Virus record (IMG/VR): IMGVR_UViG_3300035704_000387
Location: 4,134-68,133 of that record
From: a virus
DNA: 64,000 nt
Reading direction: 5' to 3' (one strand)
Shown here: positions 35,348-45,568 of the stretch, piece by piece
How the letters are laid out: every line of letters starts with the position of its first letter
Position numbering within the stretch: position 1 is the first letter of the stretch
Made by a program: the position numbers and the translations under genes
The notes under the pieces: generated by a model
What the model was told of the DNA's origin: nothing
The model's database searches: none
What the model saw: the letters and a program-made list of their open reading frames with translations, nothing else

Positions 35348-35986
35348 CTACAGTTCGGAGGGCAGGATTTCGGCGAGGACCTGGACGGAGGGGAAGTCGG
35401 CTGCGAGATCGGCAACCGTCGTCCATTTGGTCGAGGCCGCCACGTCGGCGACGGTGACGCCGCTGATCGCTTCGTATTCGAGCGCCTCCCAAGCTGGGAG
35501 TTCTTCGCGCAGGATCGCCTGCGTCCGGCTCGGATTCGGCGTCTGCGCGAGCAGCGTGCGAATGTAGTGATGCCAGACTTCCGGCGTCCGCGGGTGGATG
35601 ATCACAAAGAGTTCTTCGCCTTCAACCACTGGCTTGAGGGTCCGCTTGGTCGCGAGCCGAATCGCCTCAGGCTGCCCCCGCTTCCAGCCAGTCGGCTGCT
35701 TGATCTCGGCCCGCAACTGTTCCTCGGACATCTCGGGAGTCGGGATCACCCCGACCCATTGCGCCAGGTGCGGCAGCCATTTTGCCGGGCAACGATCAGG
35801 GTCCAGCAGCACCGCGAAGGGCGCCGGCTCGTCATCGCGTTCCCGGACGAGATCGTAGATCGGCTGATAGGGCAAGCTCAGCGCGTCACAAAGCTGGAGG
35901 AGCTGCCCGTTGCCTGCTTCGTCCTGTTCGCGGAACCAGCCCAGCGGTTCGTAGATCAGTTCCCAAAGCTGGGAGTTGTCGCTCAC
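35348..35986 (-). CDS. Baseplate wedge protein (P2 gpI-like)
   Basis: LDPDRCPAKWLPHLAQWVGV motif after gpJ. Confidence 0.8.
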   Translation of the reverse strand: MSDNSQLWELIYEPLGWFREQDEAGNGQLLQLCDALSLPYQPIYDLVRERDDEPAPFAVLLDPDRCPAKWLPHLAQWVGVIPTPEMSEEQLRAEIKQPTGWKRGQPEAIRLATKRTLKPVVEGEELFVIIHPRTPEVWHHYIRTLLAQTPNPSRTQAILREELPAWEALEYEAISGVTVADVAASTKWTTVADLAADFPSVQVLAEILPSEL

Positions 35987-37140
35987 AACGATGTCACCGT
36001 GATGGCGCCGGCTTGGGTCAACGGCGCCACGCCTTCCAGGGTGATTTCTTCAGCCGTGCCGAGCCCTTCTGCGTTCTTGGCCCATTTGAAGGTCGAGACC
36101 CGAGCCACCCCGCCGAGCCGCTCGATCTGGCCGATCACCTTGAAGCGGTAGGCCTTCGTACGGTTGATCCAACCCGAGCCCGAATCGCCCTGGGTCGGCA
36201 GCCCCCATTTCGCCGGCGAGAAGTTTTCAGCCCAGAACGCAGAGACCGCAGCGCGCACCGTAGCCGGGTCGAACCCCGCTTCCACTTCGATCTGCACTTC
36301 CCCTTTGAACGTCGTGTAGGCAGGGGCGCCGACGTAGTAGTTGATGCCGCTGAGAAGCTTGGCCTTCTGCCTGACTTCGAGCGCTTCCTTCGTCGGGGCG
36401 CTCGACCCTTCGCCAGCAGAGTCGATTGGGATGACACTGACCGCGCCAGCTTCAGCTTTGCCTTCTTTGATGTTGTAGGCCTCGATGCACTTCGCTCGAG
36501 CGATGGCGGCGATGGCACGGGCGTCGATCTCGAAGTCGCGGCTGAGGATCAGTGAGAGGGAGAGCGTCTGGAGCTCTTCGACCAGGCGATTGAGGTAGGC
36601 GTCCTCTTCCTCTTCATCCACGCCGTCTGCGGTTTCGCCAACGAGTTCGATCGCCTGCACGAAGGAAAGCGAGTCGATCAGCAGCGGATCTGCGGTGAGG
36701 CCATTCGCGGCCACCCCGGCTTCGACGGACTGCAGTAGCACGGTCGCGTTTTCTGCCCCTGGAGCGACGGTGACCGCGCCAACCGTCGTGAACCCGACCA
36801 CGGAGTCGCCGGAGGCTTCGATGCCAACCTGCGTTCCTGCCGGGATCGTGTAGCCGGCTTTGTCGATCATCGTCCAGGTGCTTTCCGCAGTGGCAGGAGC
36901 AGCCTGGATCGGTGGCACCGAGACGATCGATTCGCCAAAGCGCTTGAAGGCCGCCTTCGACATGGCGCTTGCTTGGTCGACGAGCTGGTTGCCGACTCGC
37001 GCCCATGCTTTGACCAGCCAGGTGAGGGGGGCGCCTTCGACCGGCTGCCACCCTGCAAAGGCAGCTTCGAAGGCTTCGAACATTTCGGCTTCGGCGGTAC
37101 CGACGTTTGCTTCAGCCTCAATGGCGACGAAAGTGCTCAC
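35983..37140 (-). CDS. Baseplate J/gp47-family protein
   Basis: TIPAGTQV...AGVAANG...DGVDEEEEDAYLNR. Confidence 0.9.
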   Translation of the reverse strand: MSTFVAIEAEANVGTAEAEMFEAFEAAFAGWQPVEGAPLTWLVKAWARVGNQLVDQASAMSKAAFKRFGESIVSVPPIQAAPATAESTWTMIDKAGYTIPAGTQVGIEASGDSVVGFTTVGAVTVAPGAENATVLLQSVEAGVAANGLTADPLLIDSLSFVQAIELVGETADGVDEEEEDAYLNRLVEELQTLSLSLILSRDFEIDARAIAAIARAKCIEAYNIKEGKAEAGAVSVIPIDSAGEGSSAPTKEALEVRQKAKLLSGINYYVGAPAYTTFKGEVQIEVEAGFDPATVRAAVSAFWAENFSPAKWGLPTQGDSGSGWINRTKAYRFKVIGQIERLGGVARVSTFKWAKNAEGLGTAEEITLEGVAPLTQAGAITVTSL

Positions 37141-37454
37141 GCAGCATTCCTTTCCGTTTCAAGCTGGACCCGCTGGATCAGCCCTTCCACTTCTGAGGTG
37201 GCGAGGAGCCTGACCCTGGGCTCGACTGCTGCGACGGCACGGACGAACGCCTCCGCGCTCGGGTTGCGGCGCTGGCGCTTGAAGGTCTGGTCGGCCACGC
37301 CGTAGTCAGGCGCCTCCATGCGGGAGCCGAGCCGGGTGGCGACGCAAGCGAGGACGCACTGCCGGATCTCCTCTTTGCTGCCCTGCTCGACGACTGCGAC
37401 GGTGCCATCTTCAACGCGAAACGGCACGGCAAACTGGGGGACCTGTACAGCCAC
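37137..37454 (-). CDS. gpW/gp25-family baseplate protein
   Basis: FAVPFR...IRQ....TRLGSRMEAPDYG...EPRV. Confidence 0.85.
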   Translation of the reverse strand: MAVQVPQFAVPFRVEDGTVAVVEQGSKEEIRQCVLACVATRLGSRMEAPDYGVADQTFKRQRRNPSAEAFVRAVAAVEPRVRLLATSEVEGLIQRVQLETERNAA

Positions 37455-37468
37455 GGTGGTTGCCTCCC

Positions 37469-38647
37469 TCAGTCGGTGTAGAAGCTGATCTCGGACAGCG
37501 AGAGGTAGTCGACGTTGCTAGCGACGGCACCCACGACGATGACTTCGCCGTTTGCTTTGACATCGATGCGCACTGGCCCGACATAAGCGGCGGAGTTCAA
37601 GGCACCTTGGCCCTCGAAGACTTCCTGAAGGGCAGGCCGAAAGCCGGTGGGCAGTTGGAAGATCGCTTTCTGCGCTTCGAGACCTCCGGTGTGCTGAACC
37701 AGTCCGCGGATGTGGACCCTGCCGTCCCGACTCCTGCGGTAGCTGGCTTTGCTGAAGACACCAGGAGATGGCGTGTAGTTGGCGTAGGAGTTGAGCAGCG
37801 TCGGTTCCACCCAGGCACCCGCATAACCGAAGGTCAGCGCCGTCGTGTTGAGCGTGATCGTCCCGGTGGTCAGCAGGGCGAACTCGACCCCGCCATTCTG
37901 CGTCCCCTCGGCGACCAGGATCAGCGTCCCCGACCGAGCCTCTTCGCTGGAGTCGAATTCGGCGATCCGTTCCAGGGTCCATTTCGACCCGGCCCCGCCG
38001 GCAGCAGTGACTTTGTAGGGGCCGTTGTTTGCGCCCGTCGCCTCGTTCTTGACCAGCAGCACTTCACCGACGCCGAGGGTCACCCCGTCCTTGGCTCCGA
38101 GCGAGCCGTTTGCGGAGGCGGTAAGGACATTGCCAGACCGCGAGTTGGAGGCGAGCGCTTCCGTGGTGGCGGCTCGGACGAAGATCACGCCCTTGCCGAC
38201 CGGGCCTTCCGGTCCAATGGAACCCGTTGCCCCAGTTGCCCCCATGGATCCTTTGGGACCTTCAGGCCCCGTGGCCCCGGTGGCGCCTTTAGGCCCTTCT
38301 GGGCCGGTAGCACCCGTCGCGCCTTTGGGGCCTTCCGGTCCAGGTTCGCCGACTACGAAGGCATCCGGCGTCGCGCCCTCCTTCGGCTCCCAGGTGATGA
38401 GTCGCGGCGGACCATCAGGCGGCGTAGAGACCTGAGCCTTGCAGCCCCTCTTCGGATAGAAGATCCCCGCAGCCGTGCTGACCGGTGACCACCCAAGGGG
38501 GTCGGTGGCGAGCGGTGCTTCCTCGGCTGGGATTTCGCACCGCACCAGCTGTCCGATCGCCGTGGCGTCGTCGAGGACTTCGGCGGTGTGGACTTCCTGG
38601 CGCGGGGACGGGACAGCACGCGGGTCGAGTTGTGAGGGGTTTGGCAT
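37469..38647 (-). CDS. Spike-position protein with collagen repeats and fibre-like C-terminus
   Basis: Between hub and gp25; [12 protein letters not shown] repeats; VRAATT domain; [13 protein letters not shown] module. Confidence 0.7.
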   Translation of the reverse strand: MPNPSQLDPRAVPSPRQEVHTAEVLDDATAIGQLVRCEIPAEEAPLATDPLGWSPVSTAAGIFYPKRGCKAQVSTPPDGPPRLITWEPKEGATPDAFVVGEPGPEGPKGATGATGPEGPKGATGATGPEGPKGSMGATGATGSIGPEGPVGKGVIFVRAATTEALASNSRSGNVLTASANGSLGAKDGVTLGVGEVLLVKNEATGANNGPYKVTAAGGAGSKWTLERIAEFDSSEEARSGTLILVAEGTQNGGVEFALLTTGTITLNTTALTFGYAGAWVEPTLLNSYANYTPSPGVFSKASYRRSRDGRVHIRGLVQHTGGLEAQKAIFQLPTGFRPALQEVFEGQGALNSAAYVGPVRIDVKANGEVIVVGAVASNVDYLSLSEISFYTD

Positions 38648-38651
38648 CGAC

Positions 38652-40610
38652 TCAGAAGCCCTTGGGGTGGCGCTTGATCTCGAACTGCTTCAGGAAGTCC
38701 TTCACGCCACTCGTTACCTTTCCCAAGCCACCGTTTGGGTTGCTGTTCTCGCTTCCGCCACCCGACTCGAACACAACACCGGCAATTTCGATGGCCGTGT
38801 GTTCGGTGTGGGGATCTCCAGTGTTGGCGTGGTCATAGATCGTGATCCACTGACCGGGACCTGACTCTCCGAAGGAGGCGAGGGTGACGGTGGTAAGGCG
38901 TTCTTCAAGGAAGCCGCCGATTTTGAGCGCGTAGGAGACAGCGCCGGAGCAATCGAAGCCCGTGTCCGGGTCAAATCCGCCCCAGACGTAGGGCTTTTCC
39001 TTATCCGCCGCCTGTTCCATGGCCTCAAGCATCCGTTCGACGGTCCTGTTGCCTTCCGCTCCAGGCGTGACGCCGCTGATGCTTCGGGTCTTGTTGGCAG
39101 GCTCGGGAAGTTTCGGCGTAGCCCGATGCGCCTTGATCGTCGCCATCCGCTGCGCCGGGTCATCAGCCAGCGGGACTTCGATCGAGGAGAGGATGTAGCG
39201 GCCCCGCCCTTCGAGGGTGGCCGTGTTCAGATTGGTTTGGCTGATGCCCTCTTTCACCGGGGCTTCGCCGAAGCCGATGCTCGCCGGCCCATGATCAGCG
39301 AGCGTGACAACGCAGCCCGGCGGCGGCTTCCACTGCGAGACCAGCGCTTCGATTTCGATTTCGGTGACGGGGTGGTTGCCGTCATATTCGAAGTCGACCT
39401 TTTCGATACCGGAGTCGTCGCCTTCGACCGACTCGTTATCGATCGCCAGTCGGACCATGCCCTTGCTCAATTCGGGTTCCGGCATGAAGTAGAAGACATT
39501 GCCGACGACGAAAGCCCGCCAGTTGACGTCCTTCGCCAGTTTCTTGATCGCCGACCAGTAGTCCTGCTTCTTTTTGACGACGAATTCGTAAGGCTCGGTG
39601 ACATCGATCGATTCGCCGCCTTCGCCCCCGAACGCTTCAACCCACTTGCGGGCCTCGCTGTCAAACTTCCCATAGTTTGAGGCACCGTCTGAGCTTTCGC
39701 CGGCGCCGGACTTCTGCACCGCCTGAGCGATTTCGTGCGGAGCGGCGTTCGAATGGGTCTTGTAATAGTCGATCGCCGTGGTTCCGGTCCACATCGGCTT
39801 GCCCGCCACAAAGCCGCTGATCTCTTCCTCTGCCGGTCGGACCTTCGTATACGGTTCGAGCGCCTGCAGGACATTGCCTGGAGAAGCGGAGCCCATCGAC
39901 GACTCGGCCATTAGAGCCTCTATCAAGGAGACCTGGACCGCGAAGGGGGCATCGTAGGATTCGGCGATGATCAGAGCGGTGTGTCCGAGTTCACGCTGAG
40001 CAGCGGTGGCCTCGGCGCCATCGATGGTCAGGTGCTTGACATCGCCAAGACCCTTCCCGCGATTGGCCTTGGCTTCTTCCTTGGCCTTCTTCGCCTTTTC
40101 CTTGTTGTCGATCGGCTGCTGGACGTGCAGCTGCGGGCAGAAGAAGCGGAGGCCCTTGCCGCAGGCTTCTTCCACCAGCATCTTGATGAACTCGGCGCGG
40201 GTCATCTGGTGCGCGCCCTGGCCTCGCACCACTCGCTTGGGTCCTTCCTTTTCCCGAAGCAACGCGATCCAGCGGTCTTCGAGAGTGAGCGTCAGGATGT
40301 CGCCGCTCTTGGTGAGCCCACCTGGGTAGCGGAAGTGCAATCCATCCATCTCCGCATCCCATTTCTCGGAGACGAGCGAGTGCCGGAGCAGGCGCCGTTC
40401 GGGATCTAGGACTTCGAGTTCAACCGAGCTTGCCCCGTATATCGTCCGGGTCAGCTTCGGGTTGCTGATGACCGAGACCCCGACCTCCAACTCCAGGTGA
40501 TCCTTCACGCTACGGCCCGCGGCACGAATCGTCAGGTCATCGACCTTTGAGTCAATTCCCTGTACGCGGTCAGCAGTGGGCCGCGCCGGGCTATCGGCGA
40601 CCTTCGGCAC
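38652..40610 (-). CDS. Baseplate hub with lysozyme-like insert and C-terminal NlpC/P60 peptidase
   Basis: ALMAESS...AQAVQKSG insert; KPYVWGG...FDCSG...H. Confidence 0.75.
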   Translation of the reverse strand: MPKVADSPARPTADRVQGIDSKVDDLTIRAAGRSVKDHLELEVGVSVISNPKLTRTIYGASSVELEVLDPERRLLRHSLVSEKWDAEMDGLHFRYPGGLTKSGDILTLTLEDRWIALLREKEGPKRVVRGQGAHQMTRAEFIKMLVEEACGKGLRFFCPQLHVQQPIDNKEKAKKAKEEAKANRGKGLGDVKHLTIDGAEATAAQRELGHTALIIAESYDAPFAVQVSLIEALMAESSMGSASPGNVLQALEPYTKVRPAEEEISGFVAGKPMWTGTTAIDYYKTHSNAAPHEIAQAVQKSGAGESSDGASNYGKFDSEARKWVEAFGGEGGESIDVTEPYEFVVKKKQDYWSAIKKLAKDVNWRAFVVGNVFYFMPEPELSKGMVRLAIDNESVEGDDSGIEKVDFEYDGNHPVTEIEIEALVSQWKPPPGCVVTLADHGPASIGFGEAPVKEGISQTNLNTATLEGRGRYILSSIEVPLADDPAQRMATIKAHRATPKLPEPANKTRSISGVTPGAEGNRTVERMLEAMEQAADKEKPYVWGGFDPDTGFDCSGAVSYALKIGGFLEERLTTVTLASFGESGPGQWITIYDHANTGDPHTEHTAIEIAGVVFESGGGSENSNPNGGLGKVTSGVKDFLKQFEIKRHPKGF

Positions 40611-40628
40611 GGGCTACCCCCACCGGGT

Positions 40629-41255
40629 TTAGAGGATCAGCGTCTTACCGGCCGGGAGAACCTTGTGTGGATCGTGGATCCCGTTCTTGCGGCCGATTTC
40701 TTTCCAACGGGTCCAGTCGTGGTAGAGCTTGTGTGCCACCTTTGCGAGCGTGTCGCCCTGGACCGTTACGTATTCGAGCGGCACGGCGTCGGAGAGGCCC
40801 ATCTTGCCTTCCTTCTTCCGGCCTGCCTCGTTCGCCGGGACGAACTCCTCGAGCTTCAGCACCAACCGCTGTTTGAGTAGCGTCCCGTCTTCGGCGCGGA
40901 TGACATCGACACTCGGAATGGTCCCAAATTCTGGCTCGTCTCCGAAGACGTAGACATCACCTTCATGGTGGATAGGTCCGTATGCCCGGAACTTCGTTGC
41001 TCCACCGAATTCGAGCAGCCGTTCGAGCTGGGGTTCGATGCTCCGGTTTTCCCGGAAGCCATCGAGCAGCACCGGCACGTCCTGCGCAAACGGCTGCACG
41101 CCGATAAAGCTCGTCATGCCCTTGCGCCGGATCCGGCTGATCGTTTCGTGACCGGAGAAACCAGCGGTAGGGGTGGCGGGACCGTCCCCCATGTTGAGCT
41201 TGAGGTCGAGCTTGTGATCGACGGAGACGAGATGCAACTGCGGCCGTTCGCTCAT
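40629..41255 (-). CDS. LysM-domain tail tube initiator
   Basis: YVTVQGDTLAKVAHKLY...IGRKNGIHDP...GKTLIL. Confidence 0.85.
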   Translation of the reverse strand: MSERPQLHLVSVDHKLDLKLNMGDGPATPTAGFSGHETISRIRRKGMTSFIGVQPFAQDVPVLLDGFRENRSIEPQLERLLEFGGATKFRAYGPIHHEGDVYVFGDEPEFGTIPSVDVIRAEDGTLLKQRLVLKLEEFVPANEAGRKKEGKMGLSDAVPLEYVTVQGDTLAKVAHKLYHDWTRWKEIGRKNGIHDPHKVLPAGKTLIL

Positions 41256-43899
41256 TCGCGGTTTGCCGCCTTCTGGCTTTGACGCGTGGTGCTCTCGGCG
41301 ACCGCCTTGCCGTCCAGCTCCAGGGTGCTGTGCGAGTGGACCTCGATCTTCAGGACGTTGGCTAGGCCATCAGTTCGATGAGTGAGCCTCTTCGGCTCGG
41401 GTCCGCGGAAGCCGGCATTGGCGCGCCTATGGGTCTTCGCCTGAGACTTCTGACCACCGAAGGAACGGTGGTGCATCCCTTCTGCACCTTTGGATTCCCT
41501 CCTCGCCGGCTGGAGTCCTTCCGTATGTTCGACGAAGTCCTTCTGGGCGCTGTTGTATTTGAGCAGTTCGTTTCGGGCTTTGTTCCACATTCCGGACTGC
41601 TTGAGTCCGGCCCGAGTAAGTTCCTGCATCTTGCTGCGAGCTTTTTGCTGCGCCTGGACGAGGGTGTTGCCTTTGGCCCCATATTTGGCCTGCAGGGTAG
41701 TAAGCGATTGAAGACGTTTTGCCCACGGCTTCCCAGCCTTCGCTTCAGCTTCGGCGTAGATACCCGTGAGCTTCTTTTTCTCCTTGCCTACCCGCTTTTC
41801 GAGGCCTTCCAGCTCATCGAGAAATTTGATACCGGTCCTGCCGTGGTTGACTTCTGCGCGCATCGCACCTATGCGCTTCCGCTGCACGGGAACCAGTTGC
41901 TTGATGGATGCTGCGGCATGCAGTGATTGAAGCCTGAACTCCTTCAGTCGGAATCCAGACAGTCGCTGTAGGTGTTCCTCCGCTTTGCCGGTCCTCGTAA
42001 CCTGACGCTGAGCCTCGCTAAGCCGCCGTTGCGCCCGGGTCGCTCGGGTTGAATTGACGCCATAGTGAGCGAGTACTTGCACAAGCGCATGGCTTGCGCT
42101 TCGCTCCGCATGCAACGCCCGAAGGTGTCGGCTGCGCGCATTGTCTGCCCGCTGTTCGATGTGCCTCAGACCTGAGATCGATTCGCCATAACTCGTCATC
42201 GCTGAGGTGAGATGTTCAGTCTCTCCTCGCATCAATGAGATTTTGGGGCCGGTCGAGAACATCTTCGACAGGAGTTCTCCGCCTAGTGAACCGAGCCCGA
42301 CGCCAAGCATGGCCCCCATCGGCCCTCCGAGCATGAAGCCAGCGACGCCGCCTGCCAGCGCGCCGCCAGCCTCATACCCAGCATCTTTCCAGTCGCCACT
42401 GGTCGCCGAGGTGATGATATTGCCGATGCCGTATGCGGCGACTGCAGGGCCAAGGCTGTAGGCAAATCCCTTCGCGGTCTGGATGGCACCTGACTTGCCG
42501 AAGCCTTCGAAGGCCATTCCAGCCGATCCCTTGAGGCCCTGTCCCGACTGGAGGGCGGTCGAGAAGATCCCTACGTTCTTCGCGACCGCGGCGAGTTTGG
42601 TGGTAAGGATTAGCGCGCGCCCAATACCAGACGCGAAGTAACCAAGGCCGCTGGCCACAGGCCCCGTTAGGAGCAGGAACCCAACCACCGAGGCTTTAAC
42701 GGGTCCTGGGAGCGCCGTGAAAATGGATGCCAGCTTCTCGCCGTCTTTCGCGAGCATTTCCAACCCAGGGCCGGCGATCGGCAGCAACCCGTCGCCGATT
42801 TCGACCAGCGAAGCTTGGATACCCGACCAGGCTTTCTTCAGTTTGACGAGCGGCTGTTCTTCGGCCTCTTGGACGTGTTTGTTGTAGAGCTGCACATCGC
42901 CATCTACTTCATGCCATTTCTTCTTGGCTTCACCGATGTGCTGTAGGACGACGAGGAGGCCCTTCGACATTCGGCCGCCGCCGAACATTTCGTCGATTTT
43001 CTGGATCTGCCGCCCTTTGGGAAGGTTCGCCAGTTTCTGCTTCAGGAGATCTAAAGCCCAAGGGAGCCCTTTTTTCTGGGCTAGCTTGATGAGCTGTTCC
43101 TGTCCGATCCCGAGCTCCTTGAAGACGTCCTGCGCCTTTTCGGTCGAGGGAACGAGTTTCTGCAACGTGAAGTTCAGGGCATAGGCTGACTTCTGGGCAG
43201 GTATCCCGCGCGCGGTCATGATGTCCAGCGCCGACCCCACGTCAGCGACGTTGAGACCAAGCGCTTTCGCGGTCGGAAGGAGACCCGTCGACATCGCGGC
43301 CGTGAGTTCTTCAAGCCGAATGTCACCGTGGGCGACGATCTCGTTCAGCTGGGCCGCCGTCTTCGTGATCCCTTTGAGCGAATCCCCTTCGTTCAGCGCT
43401 TTGTTGGCCGAGACGAGCGCGTAGGTGGTCTGCTCAAGTTCGGAGTTGCCCGACGTAGCCAGGCGTGAGGATTCCCGCAGGACTTTCATCGCTTTGGCAC
43501 CGCGGTAGCCGGCGGACTCGACGTGGAACAGGGATTCGGCGAGCTGCTGAGGGCTGTACTGCGATTCGCGCGCGAGGCCGAGGACCGAGCCTTCAAGGGC
43601 TTCCACTTCTTTCATGGTGCCGCCGGCATCCGTGGCGACGAGGCCCATCTGGCGTTTGAAGTTCATCGCCATCCCGCCGGCAACCACACCGAGTGCGGCG
43701 ACGGGGAGGCTCACATGCCGGGTCCAGGATTTCCCGAACTTCTTCAGGCTGTCGGCCTTGGCGGCAAAAGCCGACATGGCTTTCGCCCCTTTAAGTCCCA
43801 TCGCCTCCAACTCAGCACCAGAGGCCGCTACTTCTTTGCTGAACTTCCGCTGCCCGTGAAGTCTAAAAAAACGTCGATCGAACTAGACCGTCCAGTCAT
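41252..43899 (-). CDS. Tape measure protein (N-terminus offset by -1 at T7, 43865-43871; main frame 41252-43810)
   Basis: TP901-type core (SPQQLAESLFHVESAG, ATSGNSELEQTT); RBS and ATG at 43899 lie in a different frame. Confidence 0.85.
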
Positions 43900-43941
43900 C
43901 TTCCCCCCTCTCGCGACTCACGTAGCCCCGCAAGGGGCTGC

Positions 43942-44346
43942 TCAATGGACGGAAGCCCAGTTCCGTCGAGCGACGATCTCCCGGACATACTTCGGCTTGA
44001 TCCCGTACAGGGCAGCAATGGACTCGCGGCTGTCCCCAGCAGCAAACCGACTACGTATTGCCCGGACTCGCTCTGGGTTCAGACGCCCTGGACGCGTCTC
44101 CCACCTGAGGCCAAGATGCTTCCATGACCGGCCGTTGACCATGGCGCAGATCGTGGCCTTGTTGACTCCGAACTCTCCGGCCAGCCGGGGGACCGACACA
44201 CCGGACGAATAGCGACGGTGGATCTCGCGAACGTCTCCCTCCGAGAGTCGACACGGAGCGGAGAGCTCACCCTTTGCCTGCCGCCCCTTCCTATCCCGGT
44301 CGGCCGCATTGTCCGCGCGCGTACCGAGGAACTGATGCCCCGGATT
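43942..44346 (-). pseudogene. 5'-truncated HNH homing endonuclease with two HTH modules
   Basis: NPGHQFLGTRADNAADRDRKGR...LSEGDVREI; no start codon after the in-frame TGA; N-terminal catalytic part missing. Confidence 0.7.
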
Positions 44347-44347
44347 C

Positions 44348-45132
44348 TCAGTTCTTGTCGAGTGCTTCTCCGATGGTGTTCACGATTTCAACGGAGAAGT
44401 TGTGACGTTCAACCTCACGGTGTTCTTCAACCACTGCGGCTCGCGCCTGCAGGGCAACCCGCTCGGCCGGGTCCGAACTGGTCAGGTAGTGGCCTCCGTC
44501 GAGGCCGAGTGCATCGAGACGGCCGGCTTCCCGGATCGCGGCCGAGTCGACTATTCCCCCAGGAGGGTCCTGTCGATCTTGTCGCGCTCGCCTCGGTGCC
44601 ATTGAAGGATCGCGGTGACGTGCTTATCCATCGCGTTCGGCATCAGGCGGGGGCTCGATGGATCGTCTGGGCGGCTTCGCGGGCAGAAGAAGTCGATAGT
44701 CGTCTCCACTGCTCGGTCTGGGCGCAACTTGATCCCCTTGGTCGCAAGAATCGCCGCTAGGCGCCCTTCGAACCGCACTGGACCGTGTTGGTCTTCCAAC
44801 ACGACGTACTTGCTTGATTCTGGGGGCCGAACCTCAACCGCCGCGCAGAGGTCGACGAGAAACTGGGCCTCTACCTCCCATTCGGCGGCGATGCCCTCCG
44901 TCTTGCTGTCCCGTCGACGTTTCGCCAGCCGATCCATCTGCACCTCTGGCAGGAGCTGGTACCGAGCCCGGATCTTGCCCTCCCAACCGGGGACGAAGAG
45001 CGAGAGCGTCTTCTGCTCCAGAATCTCCTGAAAGCGCTCCTCGATTCCATCGAGGGCGTTTCCGATTCCGTCGAACTGCTCTTTCTCGATCTCAGCTTTC
45101 GGGCTCATGGGGTCGCGGTTCTCCTCGCTCAT
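44348..45132 (-). CDS. Tail assembly chaperone G (44551-45132) with -1 frameshift extension GT (to 44348)
   Basis: Between tube and TMP; GGGGGAA at 44560-44554 just before TAG; -1 frame continues GIVDSAAIREAG. Confidence 0.8.
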
Positions 45133-45554
45133 CCGGGATTGCCGTCCTGTTCGATCTCAACGGTGCCCATGCGCGGGTCGCTCGACGTGGCGTCGTAGGT
45201 GCCGGTGTCGAGCGCCGAAAACATGCCGGCGAAGTTGCCCAGCGTGCCGATGAAGTTCCCATCGGTATCCAAAATCTGCTCGGTCCCGTTGGCGCGCTTC
45301 TTGCCAACCCGAGGCTTAAGCCACTGAATGGTTTCATTGTCGCGAGACGGCACGAACTCGAATTCGAAGGTGCCATCTTCGATGTCGATGATCCCCCCAT
45401 GGGCGACCTTCGGTTGCATCGCTCCGGGGGGGGTCTTGGACCCTTCCGTCGTGATCTTTCCGCCTGATTTCTTCTGGAACAGGAACGGCAGAGGTCGACC
45501 GTCGATCGTGATCGTGACGTTCGCCTGATCCTGCCGGTTGGTTTCGAGAGGCAT
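45129..45554 (-). CDS. Tail tube protein
   Basis: 141 aa, beta-rich, directly after the sheath. Confidence 0.75.
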   Translation of the reverse strand: MPLETNRQDQANVTITIDGRPLPFLFQKKSGGKITTEGSKTPPGAMQPKVAHGGIIDIEDGTFEFEFVPSRDNETIQWLKPRVGKKRANGTEQILDTDGNFIGTLGNFAGMFSALDTGTYDATSSDPRMGTVEIEQDGNPG

Positions 45555-45568
45555 TGGTCTTTCCTTCC

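Noticed and set aside
34438-38647. Diversity-generating retroelement targeting fibre genes
   Set aside because: No reverse transcriptase and no TR/VR repeat pair seen in the window
43900-44346. Group I intron housing the HNH
   Set aside because: The element is intergenic, and there is no room or recognisable core for a ribozyme
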